Source of the DNA: Octopus vulgaris
Taxonomy: Eukaryota
Length of the DNA stretch: 64,000 nt
Direction: 5' to 3'
Assembly: GCA_951406725.2 (NCBI GenBank)
Contig: OX597837.1
Coordinates: forward strand, 46,066,001 to 46,130,000
Part shown: positions 55,910 through 64,000 of the stretch, piece after piece
How positions within the stretch are numbered: the stretch's first letter is position 1
How the letters are laid out: every line of letters starts with the position of its first letter
Made by a program: the position numbers and the translations under genes
The notes under the pieces: model-generated
The model's database searches: none
What the model saw: the letters and a program-made list of their open reading frames with translations, nothing else
Told to the model about the DNA's origin: nothing

Positions 55910-55917
55910 ACACACAC

Positions 55918-55954
<37 letters not shown>

Positions 55955-56503
55955 CTATCAACACGCATACATTTACACACATTCATATACATTATATGCA
56001 TTGCATATCTTTTATTGTTTAAAACTGTTTTGTCATCACATCAACACCATCATCAACACTATCATCATCATCACTATCGTCATCACCTACCACCATCACC
56101 ACCACAATTAACAACATAGTAGTGCCCGGCTTCCCCCCTACTTCCCTCTCTATACGTTCGGGCGAGAGCATTCTGCTGCAGAACAACCATCCTCCACCGA
56201 CCAGCCTGACAGTATATATATATATATACACACGCACACACAGACACACATATATATCTTCATATACACTCGATCAACTCCAGTATTTAGTGTTGTGGTG
56301 TAGTTTACTGCAGACATTCTAAAGCAAACCTACCATTCACCTCTCTTCACCAAACTAATTCACAGTGAGTAAGCGATTTTATTTCCCCACTTTAATTGCT
56401 GCATCTATCTATCATGTATATATAATTTCTCAATGTAAATGCATTTATTTATTAATTTATGTAAACCATTACACATAGTGATTATACATATATACAGCTG
56501 TCG

Positions 56504-56534
<31 letters not shown>

Positions 56535-58392
56535 ATTATATATACCGGTGTATATAGTCTAATTGTGTAATTAACATCTTTGTTTCATATCATACATTTT
56601 TATTTTATGTGTATATACACATTAATTATATATATATATATATATATATAGCTATATACGTAAAAGCATAATCCTGATTATTGCCTTTACCGGTTAAGAA
56701 GCCTCAATCATGATAATCTTTTCCAAGAAGTCTCTATGTGGTTGCCCGACTTACTAGAAATAGAAACCAAAGCTCCTTCAAACCATATCTTGCCTACAGT
56801 CTTCATAAAAAAAAAAGGCCCCGAGACTGGATAATGTGTTCCTAGATAGATTATTTGAAACAAAGACTGTAGTGGTCACAGCTGGAACGTCTCTGATCGT
56901 AAGTCTATTCGATCGATTAGAGCTGACCTGGGGCAAAACAACAAGCTATGTTAATTTCTTTTTTTAATTATTATTATTATTATTGGTATTTAATAATAAT
57001 AATAATTGTTTGTAACATACAAGATCTGGAATTTTGTGAGAGTGTGTTAAACAATTATATCAACCCCGGTACTTGAATAATTTTCTTTTCTCAGTTCGTG
57101 CTTGTGCCTCATGTAGGCATAATAGGATGGCTCTGTAGTTAAGGAGTTCGATTCCCAGTGAAGTGGCTTTGAGGGTCGAGTTGATTAATTCCTTGAATGT
57201 GAAAGTCGAAAGATAGAAATCGGCGCAGAAGCCATAACGCTCGCGTATATAATCAGTATATATATATATATGTGTGCATCTATATATATTAACCGGTGAT
57301 GTGTGCTTGTGATAAGCATAAATTATTCGATAAATCTAGCTGAAATAAGTCAATATGGTTGTGTGAAGCCCTTAAAGGCTGTAACCCCATCATGGCCAAG
57401 GCCTACTAACTGCAACCCTTGTGCCATGTTCAATCGCAAACACCCCTCTCGCCCTTTGTATTAAGATCGAGTAAATACTGCTATGGCTTTGTTTTTCTTG
57501 GTGATTTATTGTAGGCAGGGCAGCACCCACGGATTTTAGGATATCCAACTCGCTAAGCGGAAGAGAGTAGGTTATCCTCGGACCCGCTCGAAAGATTAAA
57601 ACAGCGCGAACTCCGTTATAAGTAATTAAGGACTAGGGGATAATCTTCAAGTGCGATAAAAAAAATATTAAAAAATGGGGGATCTGCCTCAGTTCCATCC
57701 ATCAAGTTTCATTCACAAGGCTTTGGTCGACTCGAAGGGTTCTTTGCGGCGGGATTGAACCCGAGGCTTTGTTGCAAAGCAAACTTCTTAAAAACAGCCA
57801 CAAAATAGTAATTTCCACAATTTTTCCGCGGCTGGTGGTCCTTAACGTTTGTTAATCCCAGACCAGCTCTGATCTAGTATTCTGTATGATCAAAAAGCAT
57901 TCCTGCTAGGACTATCCCATCTAGTATGTAGGACTGCATAAGCTGAGGTATCCTTTTCCTTGCTTTAAGTGGTTCGACTTGATTTGAGGAAAGTTTAGAA
58001 GGAATTTGTTGCCGGTCAAACCATCACACAGACACTCCTTTATTGGCTTATTCAAATTTGAGCATCACATGAGCTATCGTGGTCGCACAACATGCTAGTA
58101 GTAGCAGCCAAATCTCCTTCATCACATTCCCAACGTTTGAAATAAGGGAAAATTATTCTGGACAGTGTACTCCAGACGCAATGTCTGAAAATGTGAAGTT
58201 CATGTCTGGATTGTCTTTCATTATGGATGTGTTTGATGTACGCTGAGTATTAACCCTTTGCCTCTCCCAAATATTTTCATAAGTTTGTCCTAAACGTCCC
58301 TGCTTGTTTTCAGACTTTTGGTTGTCTCTTGTTTTATGCCTTCTGAGTAATATAAAGCTTTCCTTTCATAAGTCCCAGGTTACTGTCTAATG

Positions 58393-58593
58393 CAGTGGTT
58401 TTCAACCAGGGTTCCGCCAGTACAGTCCAGGGGTTCCGCAAGAAGTTACAAAAATACTAAAATCGGCTGTAATTTTTAATTCTCCTGTGCAGATATGTGT
58501 GCATAAGACTATTAAATTATTGCACAGGGGTTCCTTGAACCAGTGGAATGTTTCCTTGGGGTTCCGCTCCAGCAAAAAGGTTGAAAAGCACTG
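58393..58593. mobile_element. hAT/Charlie-type MITE
   Basis: TIRs CAGTGGTTTTCAACC...GGTTGAAAAGCACTG, with internal GGGTTCCG subterminal repeats. Confidence 0.85.
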
Positions 58594-60400
58594 CTGTAGT
58601 GGTTAAGAAAAAAATGGGAATTTATATTATATACGGGGCGTGGACGCCAGGGAAATATGTCTTGTGTATTACATATGATATACAGTTAAGTAAGGGGTTA
58701 ACACAGACAGGATGGTCACAGCTGGAATGTCATTAAGTTACCTCTGGGACTAATCAACAGCAGTGTCATAGACTAGCACCTGTAATTTCTTGCTATATAT
58801 CTATTGAGTTCAGTAAGTTAGCATGGAGGTAGCTATCCATAAGGGACCAGTTCTCAGCCCTGTCGTATAAATTATATAAATCTCAAGGACCACCAACCGC
58901 GTAAAAATTGTGGAAATTACTATTTTATGGCTGTTTTTAAGAAGTTTGCTTTGCAACATAGCCTTAGGTTCAATCCTGCCTCAAAGGACCTCAAGACTGA
59001 CTGTCCATAGTCACAACTTGTAGTTGAATCCACTGAAGAAATTTGTTTAGTAGAAACTTATAGTCAAAAAGTCTAAGATAGAATTCTTCACCTGTAAGAG
59101 AGAATACAGAACTTTACTGCTGTCTTCTAAGGGGCTATGCATGATATGCAGGGAACTAGTTGGTATCATCATAATCATCATGGGTCAGAGGGAGTTGAGG
59201 TAGATTTTCTACAACCAAATGTCCTTCTTGTTGCCAACCCTCACCTGTTTCCATGCAAGGTCACATTTCCCTATGATCAGAAATGTTGTCACAGAAGACT
59301 GGACATGAATGACACTGCTTTATAGCAGTGAAACTCATTTACAGTTGTTGTGTGATGTCTAAAACAAGGAGACACAAACGAACATACAAATGCATACATA
59401 TCTCTGTCTGTCTGTCTCTCATCATCATCATCATCATTGTCGTTTAACGTCCGCTTTCCATGCTAGCATGGGTTGGACGATTTTGACTGAGGACTGGTGA
59501 ACCAGATGGCTGCACCGGGCTCCAATCTTGATCTGGCAGAGTTTCTACAATCTCACAGTCTAAAAGATAGATATATAAACTCACACACACGTACTCCTTT
59601 CAGTTTCTGTCTTTCTAATTCACTTATGAGGATCTGATTAGCCTTGTGCTATAGTTGAAGACACTTGCCCAATGTCTCACGTAATCTGGTTGAGAAGCAG
59701 ACTTCTTACCACACAGCCATGTTTTGTGTCTATTGGCAGAATTCTATATTGTATGCCTCATGTAAATTATGAGTGATAAGATAGGCAGTGGGACCACACA
59801 CAAGCTGACAGAAAATTACTTCTTTATGCAACACAAATGTAGCTAGCAGTAAAAGCACCCATGATACGAATTTTTTCAAAGGCACACAATAAGTAGTTGT
59901 TGGTTCTGTTACCTTGGTGATCGAATTTGCAGTGGGGAGCTGAATGTTCCCAAATCAAACTAACTAGAGTTATAACTAGAGGGACATCTCTTTAGAATGC
60001 TGCTATTCCTATTAGCAACAAAGAGACACGCTACCAGTGTGCAGGCCTGAAATTCTAAGGTGTAATTCTACCTGGGTGGTGGAACAACAAGAGCATTGAA
60101 TACAGAAGATGTATGAAGGCTGGATACAAATGAAGGTACCTTGCTCCTCGACATGTAAAATGTAAGGGTGCATGACAGATTATGCTGAGGGGTAGGGGGG
60201 GGAGTAGCGGTATAAAAAGAATCGACTGTAGTAAGAGAAGACATTATTGGTATAGATGAAGGTTTGATGGTACATTAGAATATGCCAGAGAATCAAAGTA
60301 GATGGTAATTAGTAGCTGGCAAGAATTGGTGAAGCAATGCACAGACAAATGTCCATGTGTACATGGGCAATCAGAATGGAGTCTGAAGAGTTATATATAT

Positions 60401-60435
60401 TCAACACCCATTTAATGCTTATAAGCTTAAAGTTC

Positions 60436-60479
<44 letters not shown>

Positions 60480-60624
60480 ATATGAACTTTAAGCTTATAA
60501 GCATTCAATGTGTGTTGACTAACAAAAATAGTCTAATATTGGGGCATATAGACCCCTTATATGCCCCAATATTAAACAAATTTTTTTAGTCAATACAGTG
60601 AACACTTATAAGCTTAAAGCATAT
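60401..60624. repeat. Two overlapping inverted repeats (A-A'-A arrangement)
   Basis: Unit containing cttataagcttaaag at 60401-60440 (+), 60480-60518 (-) and ~60590-60624 (+). Inner hairpin taatattggggcatata/tatatgccccaatatta. Confidence 0.85.
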
Positions 60625-60714
60625 AATTATTATTTACAGAATTTTCACTCATCATTTATTCATTTAATACAATATGTATATATATATATATGTTTTCTAC
60701 TTTGACTTTTTTTT

Positions 60715-60747
<33 letters not shown>

Positions 60748-61048
60748 TATATATATATAGATATATATATATATATACCGGAGTAAACACATAAATGTGA
60801 AACAAGGTGGAAAAAAGAGTACTCAAATACCAGGGGTAGAGTAATATGCTAACAGATTTTGTTGAATTTTCTGCTGCTTTAAATAAAGTATATATATATA
60901 TAATCCTAATAAGAAGAAAAAGAAAGACTTTAATACATCTTTACTGATCAGTTATAATTGTTTCTATATTTATATCTTTATAGATATACATATAAAAACA
61001 ATAATATATATATATATCTTAAAGTAATAAAGTTAATGTCTGGTCATA

Positions 61049-61108
61049 GAGTGATCAATGGTTTCGCATCCACAAAAGCTGTAGCTTTGCAGAAGACTCC
61101 TCGGACTC
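61049..61108 (-). ncRNA. Hammerhead motif in left arm of fold-back element
   Basis: (UA)GAGU-CCGAGGA-GUCUUCUGCAAAGCU(ac)AGCUUUUGUGGAUGC-GAAA-CCAUUGA-UC-ACUC(UA). GAAA intact, CUGA box has U4C. Confidence 0.7.
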
Positions 61109-61203
61109 TAGTCCAGAGACAATTTCGACTCTTTCCCTTTCGGAGGTAGAAAACAGATTGCTACTTCCCAGAAGTGAAGAGTTAAAAGTTGCCTTTGGAC
61201 TAA

Positions 61204-61263
61204 GAGTCTGATGAGTCATCTGTGAAGCTACAGCTTTCATGGATGCGAGACCATTGATCACTC
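61204..61263 (+). ncRNA. Hammerhead motif in right arm of fold-back element
   Basis: GAGU-CUGAUGA-GUCAUCUGUGAAGCU(ac)AGCUUUCAUGGAUGC-GAGA-CCAUUGA-UC-ACUC. GAAA box mutated to GAGA. Confidence 0.7.
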
Positions 61264-61370
61264 CATGACCAGGCATTAACTTTATTGCTTTAATTATTTA
61301 CTGCTGGATACTTCTTTTTTCAGATATATCATACATTGATAATTTGCACACACACACATGCATATTGAGA

Positions 61371-61413
<43 letters not shown>

Positions 61414-62102
61414 GTATACACACACACACATATATGTAGATATATATATATAATCAAAATAATACTTACAACTGTTAATAAAGTGTTGTAGTGTGAAACA
61501 ATTGTACCAAATTACCGGAGTCATTCTTGTTGCTTATTTTTTATTATAATCACCCAGCAAATTTTTATGGATAACACCATACAAAATTCTGGTGCATCTA
61601 AATCAAGTACCATATTCATTTGAATCTAAATTGTTGCTGAACTTATATATATATATATATGTTTGTATTCAAATATGAATTAGAAGCAGCATTAGTGTTG
61701 TAAACATTATCTCACACACACTCAATGTGTGTGCTTTGCTTGTTTGCCAGTAGGCTACCTTATAGCTTGGTGGAGATTCCTATCCCAATGTGTTGGCTGG
61801 TAAAAATACCTGAAAGTCATAGACAGGTTAGACAACTCACTCCAAATCCCATTCAGGAGCGATGGACATGAACGTTTCACCATTTCTGTGGCTTGTCAAC
61901 ATCACATACATGAACACAATTGGATGTGAACTGATGTTGTTGTCCCCGTTAGATCCATACCTAAAGGCTTGAATAAAGGGGCTGCTAAACACCAGACATA
62001 TTCAGTAGCCCTCAACACATATAGGCCTCTTGCCCCTATGATAATTACTGCCTTTACTCTGAAATTAGCATACCCAGGAGGTAGTTTCGACGTTTCTTTA
62101 TA

Positions 62103-62327
62103 GAGCTGGCAGAAGCTCTAGCACGCCGAGCGAAATGCGTAGCCGTATTTCGTCTGCCGCTACGTTCTGAGTTCAAATTCCGCCGAGGTCGACTTTGCCT
62201 TTCATCCTTTCAGGGTCGATAAATTAAGTACCAGTTACGCACTGGGGTAGATGTAATCGACTTTATCCCTTTGTCTGTCCTTGTTTGTCCCCTCTATGTT
62301 TAGCTCCTTGTGGGCAATAAAGAAATA
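62103..62327 (+). mobile_element. SINE, same family as 45595-45820
   Basis: Near-identical sequence. Confidence 0.88.
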
Positions 62328-62754
62328 TCTTTATACATGATGTGCTCACCTATTCCCATCCTCACCACCTGTACTGGAAACCTCTCTTCTGTACCAGAAT
62401 CTTTCTTGGCATCTCTTCTTCAGTAGTCTTTCATCCACATGCTGCAGTTTGTATTCTTTGCAGCAAAATGTGATTGAAGAGTACCTATCAACTAATTGAC
62501 TATTTTTATTTTTTTGGTTATCCAATTTAATATTAACAATGCTTGCATTGCACTCAACTATTTTTACTATCTTCATTTACTAATCTTTGTATAGCAATCA
62601 CTTCAGGTAGATGCATCTTATGTAACATGAATAAATGATAGATTAAATATGAAGACGATTGTTATGACATGTCTTTTGGCTCATCATAGAACCCTTTTTT
62701 TCAGATGCAGAATCCCATCCCCTTTCTTCCTGCTCCCTCCCTCCTCCACCTTCA

Positions 62755-63452
62755 CATCCTTAAAGTAGGCACAATGACAGGTAGGCCTGGTGAGATTGTC
62801 AAGATGCTTGAACGGAGACATATCAGTGTGTGCTGCATTTGAGAAGATGGAGGGAGTGCTTCAACCAGTTTCCTCACTGGCAAAAATCATGAGCATAAAA
62901 TCTTCTGGGAAGGCAACAGTGACAGGGTAGGTGGAGTGAGCATACTCCTAGTTGAGAAATGAGTGTATAAGGTGATTGGGGTTGTCAGAGTGTGCAATAG
63001 GGTACTTAAGCTTAGACTGGTTTTGCAAAATAGTACAGCGACAATTATCTCTGCCAAATGAACAAAAGGATCGTTTTTATGGTATTTTTTTGTAGACTAC
63101 CTCAAAGACAAATCACAGTGACCTTCTCTTCGCAGCTGGTGACTTCAGTTGACATGTTGGGCAGCAACCAGGTGTTTTCTGCGGTGTGCATGGTGGCCAT
63201 AAAGTTGATTCCTATAAAGGGAACAAGGCTTCTAGTGATCTGAAACACCAATCAAATAACTTAATGATCTGTAATGACCAAGAAGCCTGCTAGTCACCAG
63301 AGACAGCCTATCAAATCTGGTAGCCATGCAAGCCAGATTGGCTGCATCCTCACTAGAAAGCAAGATACATGGTTGCTCAAAAATGCAAAGATCTTCTCTG
63401 ATGAAGAATATACCCCTCAGCATACGTTAATTATTAGCGACTTCAGATTACA
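62755..63452 (+). mobile_element. RTE-clade LINE apurinic-endonuclease relic
   Basis: VGTMTGRPGEIVKMLERRHISVCCI*E...KIFWEGNSDRVGGVSILL...RVLKLRLVL...PQHTLIISDF, with stops and frameshifts. Confidence 0.8.
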
Positions 63453-63455
63453 GGC

Positions 63456-63489
<34 letters not shown>

Positions 63490-63492
<3 letters not shown>

Positions 63493-63862
63493 TACTGGAT
63501 TTACTTCAGGAATCCCTTATGTCCATTATATATATAACGTATAAGAAAAAGAGAAAATGGAATTGATGAGATGCTTTATTAATCACTATGATCGTTTCAA
63601 CTTATTGTGCATTGGTCCCTCACAGGTGAAATTCTGTACAACTTGTGTTGCATTTTCTAATCACTATGCTTGTTTCAACCCATCTGCACCAAATGATGCA
63701 ACTCAACCAGTTGTACAGAATCTCACCTGTAAGGGACCAATGCAGTGGGTCGAAACAGTCGTAGTGATTAATACAAAAATCTCATGAATTCCATTTTCTC
63801 TTTCTCTCCTATGTTATATATTTGACGGAGACAAAGGAGTTTTTGAAGTAAATCCAGTGGTG
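63490..63862. repeat. ~370-bp fold-back with hammerhead-like motifs in both arms
   Basis: Pairing segments actggatttacttca/tgaagtaaatccagt, agagaaaatggaatt/aattccattttctct, tgcattggtccct/agggaccaatgca, ttctgtacaact/agttgtacagaa. Spacer ~63653-63695 holds a third partial copy. Confidence 0.88.
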
Positions 63863-64000
63863 CGTATATCCATACTGTTTGATATCAGGTAGACCGAAGA
63901 CAGTGAATGTACTTTTAACAACATACTACAAGATAATACCTATATATATATATATATACATATATACATACACACACCCATACACACACTCTCGTAATGA

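Larger units (their letters stand above)
61021..61291. repeat. ~270-bp fold-back (inverted repeat, ~130-bp arms, ~11-nt loop) carrying two hammerheads
   Basis: aaagtaataaagttaatgtctggtcat... at 61021 is the reverse complement of ...atgaccaggcattaactttattgcttt at 61291. Pairing continues to the loop at ~61150-61160. Differences are mostly transitions. Confidence 0.92.

Noticed and set aside
62346-62490. Possible minus-strand exon ending in GTGAGC
   Set aside because: No polypyrimidine tract. Another frame reads EEMPRKIL, typical of an RTE LINE relic.

Overview
AT-rich, microsatellite- and transposon-dense animal genomic DNA. The SINE families, (TA)n/(TACA)n load and gene content point to an octopus-like cephalopod, which is an inference. 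Almost all ORFs in the supplied track are microsatellite read-through. Two host genes are supported. One is a complete RECQL4 helicase whose whole ~1342-aa CDS lies in one exon (minus strand, 41009-45037), with a candidate upstream non-coding exon and promoter near 51.0-51.1 kb. The other is the terminal coding exon of a coactosin-like (COTL1) gene (plus strand, 13104-13217), too short for the ORF track. There is also a Myb/SANT-like poly-Q ORF. The rest is mobile DNA: a nearly full-length but broken Penelope-like retroelement (RT + GIY-YIG) with a tandem partial second copy, mariner DD34D and DD37D relics, a non-autonomous Helitron, piggyBac/hAT-type MITEs, RTE/CR1/Tx1 LINE fragments and several tRNA-derived SINE families. 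The most striking unannotated signal is roughly ten minimal type-I hammerhead-ribozyme motifs of several unrelated sequence families, mostly next to (TA)n tracts. Two sets sit in 270-370 bp fold-back elements that carry a hammerhead on each strand. All motifs were read by eye, most carry one or more core or stem substitutions, and none is shown to be active.
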